Part shown: one piece after another, positions 1-10,180 of the stretch
Layout of the letters: each line of letters begins with the position of its first letter
How positions within the stretch are numbered: the first letter of the stretch is position 1
DNA from: Felis catus
Taxonomy: Eukaryota
Direction of reading: 5' to 3'
NCBI RefSeq assembly: GCF_018350175.1
Contig: NC_058373.1
Coordinates: 114,578,001-114,642,000 of the forward strand
DNA length: 64,000 nucleotides
The notes under the pieces: model-generated
Database searches by the model: none
What the model was told of the DNA's origin: nothing
What the model saw: only the letters and a program-made list of their open reading frames with translations
Program-made: the position numbers and the translations under genes

Positions 1-420
1 GCCACCACACTCTCCTTTCCAAAGCTGCAGCCGCGTTGACCTCCTCATCATGCCTCCAGTTCCTTCTCACAGCAGGACCTCTGTTCCTTCCCCCAAATCT
101 CCTTGTCCCACTCTCTTCCCTCAGGCCTCTGCTCAGGTCAGGGTCTTCTCTTCAGAGGCCTCCCCAGCCCACAAGTAGAAATAGCTCACCTTTCCACTCC
201 ACTCACTCTCTCTCCCGTTATCCTGATTCATCTTTCTTCCTGACACCATTCGACTGGACTAGGTTCCATATTGGTTTGTTTATTGTTCTGTTGTCTGTTC
301 CCCTTCTGGTATGTAAACTCCATGAGAGCAGGGCGTTGTTTGCTTCCTTCACAGCTAACTTGCAGAGCCAAGCTCCGTGCCTGGCACGTAGCAAGTGTGG
401 AATGAATGAATGAATGAATG
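1..420 (+). mobile_element. L2 LINE 3' end remnant
   Basis: ...gtaaactccatgagagcagggc...gtgcctggcacgtag... ending in a (TGAA)n tail. Confidence 0.75.
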
Positions 421-857
421 GGCCTGTGTTGCCTCGGGCACTTGACACATGCTGTGAGGAAGGTGGCTTGGCTCAGGCTAATCCACCTAAGAGACCACAT
501 GTCTGCCTCAGAGCTGCTTCTAGAGAAGATGCCGGGACTGTTCCCATGTCCTGTGGTCCCCAGAGCCACGGCCGCCACCCCTGTGTCTGCCTCCCAGGGG
601 TCGCTCAGCCAGCCCTGGGGGCCATTTGGACCCTGGTTTCTTTCATTGCCAGTCCTGGGTCTCCACAGGCCTAGATCAGAGCTGTGGACTAGGAGCAGGA
701 GCTCTTCTGGGACTGAAAGCCACCCCCACACCCTCTCTACCCTCTCTGTCCTGCATCTGGCTTCCCTGGAGGATAGAGTGAGTCCTTTCAGCCCAGGCGG
801 ACAGGTTAGAGAAGACTACCTTGGAGGCTGCCCTAGGGTGAACTGATTAGCCCCAGG

Positions 858-861
<4 letters not shown>

Positions 862-914
<53 letters not shown>

Positions 915-978
915 TATATATATGTATATATATATGTGTATATATATACATATATATATACATACATATATATATATA
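862..978. repeat. (TA)n/(CA)n microsatellite abutting a SINE tail
   Basis: Read directly from the sequence. Confidence 0.95.
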
Positions 979-1179
979 TTCATTTATTTTTGAGAGAGAG
1001 AGCACAAGTGGGGAAGGTGCAAGGTGCAGAGAGAGAGAAAGAGAGACATAGCATGTGAAGCAGGCTCCAGGCTTTTAGCTGTCAGCACAGAGCCCGATGT
1101 GGGGCTCGAAGTCACAAACCTCGAGATCATGACCTGAGCTGACGTCGGACGCTCAACCCACTGAGCCACCAGGTGCCCC
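977..1179 (-). mobile_element. CAN-SINE (SINEC_Fc type)
   Basis: tRNA-like head (ggggcacctggtggctcag), (CT)n region and A-rich tail on the minus strand. Confidence 0.92.
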
Positions 1180-1216
1180 TGTCCCAGAAGTGCTTCAGAG
1201 GAAATAAACAGATAAA

Positions 1217-1250
1217 TGGATGGATGGATGGATGGATGGATGGATGGATG
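1217..1250. repeat. (GGAT)n tetranucleotide microsatellite
   Basis: Read directly from the sequence. Confidence 0.95.
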
Positions 1251-1320
1251 GGTAAATAACAGCTCCTCTTGCCTCTCTATTTACTATCCTTGAAATTCTA
1301 CCCTTAGAAACTCATTCTTA

Positions 1321-1528
1321 GGGTGGCTCAGTCAGTTAAGCATCCAACTTTGGCTCAGGTCATGATCTCACAGCTCATGAGTTCGAGTCCCGAATCAGGC
1401 TCTGTGCTGTCAGCACAGAACCTGCTTGGGATTTTCCCTCCTTCTCTCTCTTTGCCCTTCCCTGGCTTGCATGCATACACAAGTATGCTTTCTCTCTCTC
1501 TCTCTCTCTCAAATAAATAACTAAACAT

Positions 1529-1583
<55 letters not shown>

Positions 1584-1602
1584 AAAGGAAAGAAAAGAAA
1601 AA
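1321..1602 (+). mobile_element. CAN-SINE with an (AAAG)n microsatellite extending its tail (1529-1602)
   Basis: gggtggctcagtcagttaagc...ctctctctcaaataaataa followed by AAAG repeats. Confidence 0.9.
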
Positions 1603-2004
1603 GACCCTCTGGCTGTGGACAAAATAGTGAAGGACATGGACCCGTGCCAAGATGGCAAAGCGGGCTTCCAGAACTTCTGTTCACTAACTACTGGGCTCAC
1701 CATCTCCTGCAGTGAATGACTACTTTGTAGTACCCACGAAGCAGAAGGGAAACAGGAGGCAACACCGAGCAACCCTGTGCCCAGTGAGAGCTCTCTCGGA
1801 GGGTCGCCTAAGGAATCCGCCCCACTGCTTCCCACTGGATAAAGGATTCTGTGAGCAGATCAGGGCCCTCAGAAAATGTACAATAAAATCCAACCCCCAT
1901 TTGAGAAGCAGACGAAGAAAAGTCAGTGAAAGCCAAACAAACTTTTGATTTTTATACTGCCTGCACCCTCCTTCCCTCAGTAAACAACTTCCTTTTTTTA
2001 GTTC

Positions 2005-2022
2005 CAAAAGAGAAGGAAGAAA

Positions 2023-2070
<48 letters not shown>

Positions 2071-2119
2071 GAGAAAGAGAGAAAGAGAGGGAAGGAGGAA
2101 AGGAGGGAGGGAGGAAGGG

Positions 2120-2186
<67 letters not shown>

Positions 2187-2188
2187 AA
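2005..2188. repeat. ~180-bp polypurine (AAAG)n/(GGAA)n compound microsatellite
   Basis: Read directly from the sequence. Confidence 0.95.
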
Positions 2189-2192
2189 TTCT

Positions 2193-2406
2193 TTTTTTTT
2201 TTAACGTTTACTCATTGTTGAGAGACAGAGAGAGACAGAGCATGAGCGGGGAAGGGGCAGAGAGAGAGGGAGACACAGAATCTGAAGCAAGCTTCAGGCT
2301 CTGAGCTGTCAGTACAGAGCCCAACACAAGGCTTGAACTCACAAACTGCAAGATCATGACCTCAGCCACAGTCAGACGCTCAACCAACTGGCCACCCAGG
2401 TGCCCC
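2193..2406 (-). mobile_element. CAN-SINE with 14-bp target-site duplication
   Basis: TSD AAGAAAGAAATTCT at 2179-2192 and 2407-2420. Confidence 0.93.
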
Positions 2407-3811
2407 AAGAAAGAAATTCTCAAGAAATGAGAGGAATGCAGCAAGAAGTCTCCCAGCCCACACCCCTGCTGTCCCCCCGCCCCTCCCCCCAGCCCTCCCT
2501 CAGCAAAAGTGCCTCCTCTCTCTCCCAGGCCTCACCACCTGGGCCTCTTCATGGTGGCCAGGTAGGCCCAGGGACCCAGGCTGCTTATTCCTCACACGTC
2601 TTCCAGAAGTTTCCATACCTTACTGTGCAAATACCATCATTAGAAAAAAGCGATCCCTCAGGAATGGATGAAAGGTGTAGATTCATCTGGTTTGGAGCCT
2701 ATGCTTGGAGGCTGTAGTCCAAGCAAACACTCTGGTCTCCTTACACAGAGACCCTCAGGTGACACTGTAAGAGAGGCTGCTGCCTGGGCCTCTGCCCCTG
2801 GGGACCCTGATCTGCCTCATCTGGGGCGCCCTGGGTCTCAGGACTTGAATGCTCTCTGCCCCCCGCCCCCCTGCCACCCCCCACGGACTCTCCTGTGCAG
2901 TCAGGGCCGAGGGCCGCTGACTTTCCGGGCTGGCTAATAGGCGTTGACTGGAACGAAGGCCCTGGATACGTGGGCATCTCTCTGGATGGGCTGAGTCACT
3001 CAGCCGCACCGCCAGCCGTGAACAATTCAGCCTGGCGAGCGTTTCTGAAGAAGCCTGGTGCCAGGCCCTGCCTGTTGCTGGGGAAATGCTAAGAGATGTG
3101 GTCCCTCTCAGAGTTTCCATTCACCATGGAAAGTCAGAGCTCAGGAAGTGGCTCCACAGCCACGCTGGGCTCTGGCGATGAAGTGCAGGGTAAGGGGAGG
3201 AAATGGCTGCCGGGAAGGGAGCAGTGACCAGTGCCAGACTGGCTCTGGTGCCGGCTATCTGCCAGCTGGCTCATTCCTCCCCTGCAAACCTGCAGGGAGG
3301 GTGTGTTACGGGAGAGGAAGCAAGGGCCACAGAGTTGAAGGACTGGCCCAGAACCCAGCTTCTGTCTCTGTCCAGATGCTATGTGCGGGCACAAAGACAG
3401 CCCAGAGAGACAGCCTCTGACATTTGCCCCTGAGGGTTGGAGGGGTGCTTAGATGCTTGCCGCCCGGAGGTTAGGATCCCTGCATCAGCTGGGGGTCTAG
3501 AAGAGCCCCAACCCCCTCAGGTCCTCTGTGTCCACATGACCCCATCCACCCAAGGCCCTGGCTCACTCTGCTTGCTCTAAGAGCCTGGGTACTCTGGTCT
3601 TACCTCCCCTACCAGACTGTGGGACCCACCAGGGGTGGAGGACAGGATTCCCCATTACCCACCCTTACTGCCCACCCCACCTCTCCAGTGCAGAGAAGAC
3701 ACCCAGCAAATCAGGCACCAGGCGGCTATCAGGGGCACAAGAGTTCTGAGTGGGCCCAGCGGGCCTTGGATTGGAGAGGTGGCAGAGAAGCCAGGGGTCA
3801 AGAACCAAACC

Positions 3812-3940
3812 ATCCCAGCTGAGTGACGGTGGACTTAACCTCAGTGTCCTCAGTTATAAAATGAAGACATTCACGGCATTGCTGTGAGGAATGCTGGTGT
3901 GAGAGAAAGCATGGAGAGCACCTGTACAGCACAATAAATT
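3812..3940 (+). mobile_element. MIR remnant
   Basis: cccagctgagtgac...cttaacctcagtgtcctcagttataaaatgaag resembles the MIR core. Confidence 0.6.
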
Positions 3941-4151
3941 ATTGTTCCAACTGTCGCTATTATTGATATCATATTATTATTGTTGATGCCTATTTCCCGG
4001 TTTGGCTCTGGGCCAGCCCCAGTTACAGATTTTGGACTCTGAGCTTGGGCCACTGCCATGGGCTTCTCTGGCCTTTTTCTTAATCCTGGGGCTGGTCAGA
4101 CCAGGTCACATTTACAGCCAATGACCTTGGTGGACTTGGTATCGACAAGAC

Positions 4152-4315
4152 CAGTGGCACTCAGCTGTGGCTGCATGTTAGAATCACCTGGGGAACTTTT
4201 AAAAATCCTGATGCCCCATTAAAATAAAAATCTCTCGTGGTAAGACCCAGGCATCAATATTTTTTAAAGCTCTCCAGGAGATTCCAACCAGCAGCCAACA
4301 TTGAGATCTAGTGCT
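4152..4315. mobile_element. MER5A-like hAT-Charlie non-autonomous DNA transposon
   Basis: cagtgg...ggctgcatgttagaatcacctggggaac...ctccaggagattcc...ttgaga pattern. Confidence 0.75.
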
Positions 4316-4344
4316 TAACGCTCATTTCTCACGCACGGGAGAGG

Positions 4345-4545
4345 CAGTACTCTGGTGGCCAGAGACTGGCTGGAGAGTCAGACAAGTGGCTCTTGACCTA
4401 CTAGCCACATGACCTTGGGCAAGTTACTTAAGAATCCTCTGACTCAATTTCCTCATTGATAAAATGGAGGCCGTATCAACCTCACGGTTGGGTTTTGAGG
4501 CATAGCCTGAAGTTAAAAAGGGTGCCTGATACATAATAGGAATTT
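4345..4545 (+). mobile_element. MIR
   Basis: tgaccttgggcaagttactta...ctcaatttcctcattgataaaatgg core. Confidence 0.75.
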
Positions 4546-4553
4546 AACATGTA

Positions 4554-4764
4554 TTTTTTAAAGTTTATTTTTATTTATTTTCAGAGAGAGTTAGAGAGCA
4601 AGCAGGGAAGGTCCAAAGAGAGAGGGAGACAGAAAATCCCCAAGCAAGCTCTGCGCTGTCAGCGCAGAGCCCAGTGCGGGGCTCAGATTCACAAACTGTG
4701 AGATCATGACCTGAGCCCAAATCAAGAGTCTGACGCTTACCCAACTGAACCACCCATGTGTCCC
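4554..4764 (-). mobile_element. CAN-SINE
   Basis: Head, (CT)n and tail present, flanked by AGGAATTTAA(C/T)ATGT direct repeats. Confidence 0.9.
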
Positions 4765-4862
4765 AGGAATTTAATATGTGTTATTATTTCTAGTCCATAA
4801 CTCAAAGCTCCCCTCAATGGTTGGGTATACCTTCTAACATGCTCAAGAAGATATTATCCACT

Positions 4863-5404
4863 TGTGAGGAATAAGCCCAGCAACCCAATCAAAGGAGGGT
4901 CGTGGAGACCCTGAGCACAGTAAAGTGAGGCTTTAATCAATGTTCTTGCACGAGTGGGCGTATGATGGACAGGCACACTCCCGGCAGTTACAGCAGACAA
5001 TTTATCTCCTAGCATTCAAGCCCCTCCCCCAGTTCCTCATTGGCTGAGTACTACAGAGGTCACAGCCTTACCCGGAAGTGCCTATGCCCACGTGAGGCAA
5101 AAAGTAGTCTGACTGGAACAAATGTCCATTCCTTGAGGTGATGCAGAGACTTGAGTTCTTTGGTGCATGCTCATTGCAAAGCCTGTGAAGAAAATAAACC
5201 TGCAAAAAACTAAGCCCACGAAATGGAAAGGAGAAGAAGAACCAGGAAGTGAAGTGTCTAAGGATTTGGGAGTCCACTGTTGGGTGTGTGTGGGTGGGTG
5301 GGGGGAGGGTTGTACATATTTCCAATAGGTTGTAAACCTATTGTTAACGAGACAGCACAGCTTTTATTTGGTATTTCTGAAAATGAATCATTTCACTTCT
5401 CACA
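4863..5404 (-). mobile_element. ERV solo LTR (probably carnivore ERV1 class; family not assigned)
   Basis: TG...CA ends with inverted termini TGTGAG/CTCACA. The minus strand has CCAAT (5043-5039), a GC box (5030-5021), TATA-like GATAAA (5006-5001) and ATTAAA (4937-4932) in U3-R-U5 order. The TSD is imperfect and the right end may be 5402. Confidence 0.75.
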
Positions 5405-5837
5405 CCAACCGCAGCCTGCCTCCCCCCACCAAAAATTTTAAATTCTTTCTCCTGAGGCCGCATGAATCCACTTGTAAGCCTTGTCTGTTCCAGTCTTGCC
5501 TCACACCATTGCCAACTAATTTCTTGGGATTATTGTAATGCTTATAAGATTGCTCCTGGGTCCCATCTTAGAAGCTTCTTTGTGTCCTCCTTGGGTCTGA
5601 TTTGCAAGGCACTGTTGTTACTAGTGGGTCTCCATGGGACAGGACTTAATCATTTGGAGTCTTCAAATACCTGAGTTTGGAATGGGGAGAGGGTCCCCCA
5701 TGCAGTCATTCACCCAGGAAAAGCTGCAGAGCCTAACTGAAATGTTGTTTCCTTGCTTTGGGCTAAAAGTATCTTACCTCATACCGATTGGAAGTCCTGG
5801 CAGTTAGATGCCCTTGATTAATTAAAATGCAAAAATA

Positions 5838-6035
5838 GGGGCACCTAGTGGCTCAGTTCATTGAGCTTCTGACTCTGGGTTTTGGATCAGGACATCACCT
5901 GTTCATGGGTTGGAGTCCTGTGTTGGGCTCTGTACTGATGGTGTGGAGCCTGCTTGGGATTCTCTCTCTCTCCCTCTCTCTCTCTCTCTGCCCCATGTCC
6001 TCTCTTTCAAAATAAATAAATAAACTTAAAAAAAT
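5838..6035 (+). mobile_element. CAN-SINE
   Basis: ggggcacctagtggctcag...aaataaataaataaac. Confidence 0.9.
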
Positions 6036-6714
6036 AAGGAAAATATAAAAATAGATCAATGATTACCCATTAAATGCATATTTCCTCCACAAACTTCTCA
6101 AATATGAAGATTTCTAGAAAAAAATCCTGGCCAAAGGAGGGATCACTGGTAATGGCATGGTCAGGGACCCTTGGACAGGACAGGAGCAATCAGGATGTAG
6201 TGGTGGGACAACTCTAGCCATTTCATAGTCCTGCCTTGGGGCTCAGGTGAAAACAAGATGCTGTTCTGGCAGGAAGGGCTCATCTTTGTATTCTGAGGAA
6301 GAGTGAGGAAGAGTGAGGAGGCCACACCCACAGAACTGCCATCGTAGGCCAGATCTAATGTCTGAGATGAGCGGTGGGAGCTGAATTACAGGGCACCCAT
6401 CATGGTAGAGGCTTTGCCTTAATAGACATGATTAGTGTAATAGATGACATCTCTGTGCTCCCACTACATATCAAACATCTGACCTTCTCTTGCTAAGTTC
6501 TACCAACAACCCCATGAATTAGACACTAATGGCCCCAGAGAGAGTTTCTTCCTTCCTTCATTCATTCAAAAATATTTATTGGGCTCTCACCATATGCTCA
6601 GCCTTTTTGGGGAGCAAACGCCATGGCAGTCCCTGCCCCATGGCGTTCACAGTCTAGTGAGGGAGATGAATACTACTTATATAACTAACACACAGATCAA
6701 TGTATCAGAATACT

Positions 6715-8720
6715 TTTGGCAACGTGTCAGATTGAGCTATTTCAGGTAGCCTTTCTCTTGCTACCATTTAGAAATGTTGCATAAGGCATAAGAAAACGCT
6801 TGAAAATACACAGTTGAGCTCAAAAGAAAGAAAAGAAATCCTCAGATTCCAGAGATAGTGCAAGAACTCAAAGCCAGGATAAGGAAGGGGAGCTTAGCCG
6901 ATGATTCATGGAGTTTTGACTAGACAAAGGCCCTAAGACCTGGAGCCTGGAGTCTAAGGCCCTTTCAAAGACAGGAGGTAGCCCCAGGCTGTCTGAGGCA
7001 GGAGAGCTGGAACCAATTCCTCAAACCTATCCTTTTAAGGCTTGAAGCCTTAAAAGGAGTCCTAGTCAGGGAAAAAGGAGGCTGGGCAAACTCTACCAAC
7101 CAGGCCCGCAGAAGGCGCAGCAAAACTTTCTCACCATCCTGAGCCAGGATGGGAGAAAAGTTTCCGTGAAAAGTGGAGAGTCCAGGCCTGAACCATATGG
7201 AAGAAAGAGGTAGACTGCTGTATCCCTATCTCTTGTTGTGCCACTGGTCCCAGGACTCTTGTGCCAAAAAGTTAACATAAAAATTAGTTCAGAACTTAGG
7301 GCCCCAACAGAAGCAAACCCCAAAGTCCTATGTAAGAACATTTTGCAACATAGGGCTCACAAACATCCCACAGCGAAAACAACTCCTGATGAAGATGAGT
7401 TCCCAATCAAAATTACAAACCACACAGGGAAAAAAACTATCATAAGAGATAATCAGTAAACACAAAAACACAACAAGACAAAATACAGAAGAATTCACCC
7501 TCGCAGAAGTAGAAATTATAGAAAAATCTGAAAATAAAATAAACATTTTATGTGCTTGTAAAGAATTTTTTTTAAATTTATTTATTTTGGGAGAGAGAGA
7601 GAGAGAGAGTGGGAAGGGCAGAGAGAGAGACAGGGAGAGAGAGTGAATCCCAAGCAGGCTCTGCACTGTCAGCATAGAGCCAGATGCAGGGCTCAAACTC
7701 ACAGACCATGAGATCATGATGTGAGCCAAAATCAACAGCTGGATGCTTAACCAACTGAGCCACCTAGGCACCCCCATTATAAAGAATTAAAAAAATTTTT
7801 AATGTTTATTCATTTTTTGAGAGACAGAGAGACAGAGACAGAGCACGAGTGGGGGAGGGGCAGAGAGAGAGGGAGACACAGAATTTGAAGCAGGCTCCAG
7901 GCTCCAAACTGTCAGCACAGAGCCCAACACAGGGCTCAAACTCAGGAACTGGGAGATCATGACCTGAGTCAAAGTTGGATGCTTAACTGAATGAGCCACT
8001 CAGGCATTAGCCATTTTAAAAGAAAGGATGCCTGGCTAGTTCAGTTGGTGGAGTGTGCAACTCTTGATCTTGGGGCTGTGGGTTCAAGCCCCACGTTGGG
8101 TATAGAGATTGCTTAAAAATAAAATCTTAAAAAAGAAAGAAAGATAAGACACAGTAATAAAGAATAGAATAATATGAAAAACTTGATGGGAAACAAGCCA
8201 AATCGAAGTTGTAGAAATGAAAAAATAGTTTTAATAAATTATTGATTTAAAACTGATAGTTTGAACAACAGAATAGGACATTTAGCAAGTTAGTAAGTCC
8301 CTCTAGAAAACAAATCACTCTGCTGGTACACAGCGAGAAAATGAAGAGAAGAAAAATATGGGAGCAACCGTGGCTAAGAGATACAGAGAAAGAAATGACA
8401 AGATCTAGCATACCTTAGTGAACATAGCCAGAAGAATGGAGGAAATGGCTAGAAATTGATCAAAATTGAAGAAAAATCTCAATCTTCAGATTGAAAACCA
8501 CCCAAGAGTCTGGAGAAAATAAACAGATATATAAACACAAAATAAACACATATTCATACCTTAGGCACAGGGTGGAAAATCTGGAGAACAGCAAAGCCAA
8601 GCAGGTAGTATCCGAAAGTGTTGTAGTTCTATGAAGGAGAAGTACACAGTTTGAGAATAACATGTAAGTACAGAGTCGGGGAGAAAGGGGGTGCTCATCT
8701 TCCCTAGAGGTCAAGGAAAA
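6715..8720 (+). mobile_element. Degenerate old L1 5'/ORF1-like region, interrupted by SINEs at 7566-7774 (-), 7795-8006 (-) and a short SINE at 8026-8134 (+)
   Basis: A-rich plus strand with ORF1-like motifs (aatctcaatcttcagattgaaa). The SINEs are clear; the L1 assignment is tentative. Confidence 0.55.
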
Positions 8721-8824
8721 TGTGATGATTAATTTTACATGTCGACTTGGCTAGGCTGTGGTACCCAGTTATATTGCTGTGAAGGTCATTTTTAATTTTT
8801 AATTTATTATTAAAGAAATTTTTT

Positions 8825-9038
8825 GGGGGGCGCCTGGGTGGCGCAGTCGGTTAAGCGTCCGACTTCAGCCAGGTCACGATCTCGCGCTCCGTGAGTTCGA
8901 GCCCCGCGTCAGGCTCTGGGCTGATGGCTCAGAGCCTGGAGCCTGTTTCTGATTCTGTGTCTCCCTCTCTCTCTGCCCCTCCCCCGTTCATGCTCTGTCT
9001 CTCTCTGTCCCAAAAATAAATAAACGTTGAAAAAAAAA
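8825..9038 (+). mobile_element. Young SINEC_Fc with CpGs largely intact
   Basis: ggggcgcctgggtggcgcagtcggttaagcgtccgacttcagccaggtcacgatctcgcg. Confidence 0.95.
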
Positions 9039-9039
9039 A

Positions 9040-9253
9040 TTTTTTTTTAATTTTTTTTTAAGTTTATTTATTTTTGAGATAGCACACAAGCGAGAGAGGG
9101 ACAGAGAGAGAGAGGGAGACACAGAATCCGAAGCAGGCTCCAGGCTCTGAGCTGTCAGCACACAGCCTGACTTGGGGCTCGAACCCATGAATCGTGAGAT
9201 CATCATCTAAGCCAAAGTCGGACGCTTACTCGACTGAGCCACCCAGGCAGCCG
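9040..9253 (-). mobile_element. CAN-SINE
   Basis: Full head, body and tail on the minus strand. Confidence 0.92.
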
Positions 9254-9263
9254 CCTCTGCAGG

Positions 9264-9266
9264 TAT

Positions 9267-9306
<40 letters not shown>

Positions 9307-9526
9307 TTTTTAAAGTTATTTTTAATGTTATTTATTTTTGAGAGAGAGAGAAAGACAGAGTGCAAGTGGGGGAGGGGCAGAGAGAGAGGGAGACACAAAA
9401 TCCAGAGCAGGCTCCAGGCTCTGAGCTGTCAGCACAGAGCCCCACACGGTGCTCGAACTCACGAGCCATGACATCATGACCCCAGCGGAAGTCAGACGCT
9501 TAACTGACTGAGCTGACAGGCGCTCC
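9264..9526 (-). mobile_element. CAN-SINE with (TTTA)n tail
   Basis: Full element on the minus strand. Confidence 0.92.
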
Positions 9527-9969
9527 TGAAGGTATTTATTTTAGATGTGATTAACATTTACAATCAGCGGATTTTAAGTAGAGCAGACAACCCTCCACAA
9601 GGTGGGTGGGTCTCATCCAGTCAGTTGAGGGCCTTAGGAGCAAAGGCTGAGGTCTCAGAAGAAGGAATTCTGCCTCAAATCTACAACACAGAAACCCAAC
9701 CTGCTACCCCGTGGATTTTGGACTCAGGACTGCAACATATCTCCTACCTGAATTTCCACTGTAAAGATCTCTGGATCGATAAATGTGTCATTTCTCTCCA
9801 TTTCATATTAACATAAATCCCTATTAACCCCCTAGGGCGATTCTGTGTTCACTCAAGTCTGAGAACCACGAAGTGAGAGTATGGCAGGTGCCCATGCAGG
9901 AGTCTGGGCCATCCACCCTGAGTTGGCCATGATCTTGTTTGCTGCAGCATTTATTCCACTCTCTCCCTT

Positions 9970-10180
9970 TTAAAAAAATGTTTATTTATTTTGAGAGAGA
10001 GAGAGAGTGCACCTGCCCTCAGGGGGAGGGACAGAGAGAGGGAGAGAGAGAGAATCCAAGCAGGTTCAACACTGTCAGCACAGAGCCCAACATGGGGCTC
10101 AATCTCATGAACCATGAGATCATGACCTGAGCTGAAATCTAGAGTCAGTTGCTTAACCATCTGAGCCACCCAGGCTCCCC
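9970..10180 (-). mobile_element. CAN-SINE
   Basis: Full element on the minus strand. Confidence 0.9.

Larger units (their letters stand above)
8721..9760 (+). mobile_element. MLT2-type (ERVL) LTR split by three CAN-SINEs
   Basis: Starts tgtgatgattaattttacatgtcgacttggctaggc and resumes at ~9527 with ...agatgtgattaacatttacaatcag...gtgggtgggtctcatccagtcagttgagggcc. Confidence 0.8.

Noticed and set aside
8825..8910. tRNA-like A/B-box sequences as tRNA genes
   Set aside because: They are SINE heads continuing into the SINE body, (CT)n and poly(A), with no proper cloverleaf.
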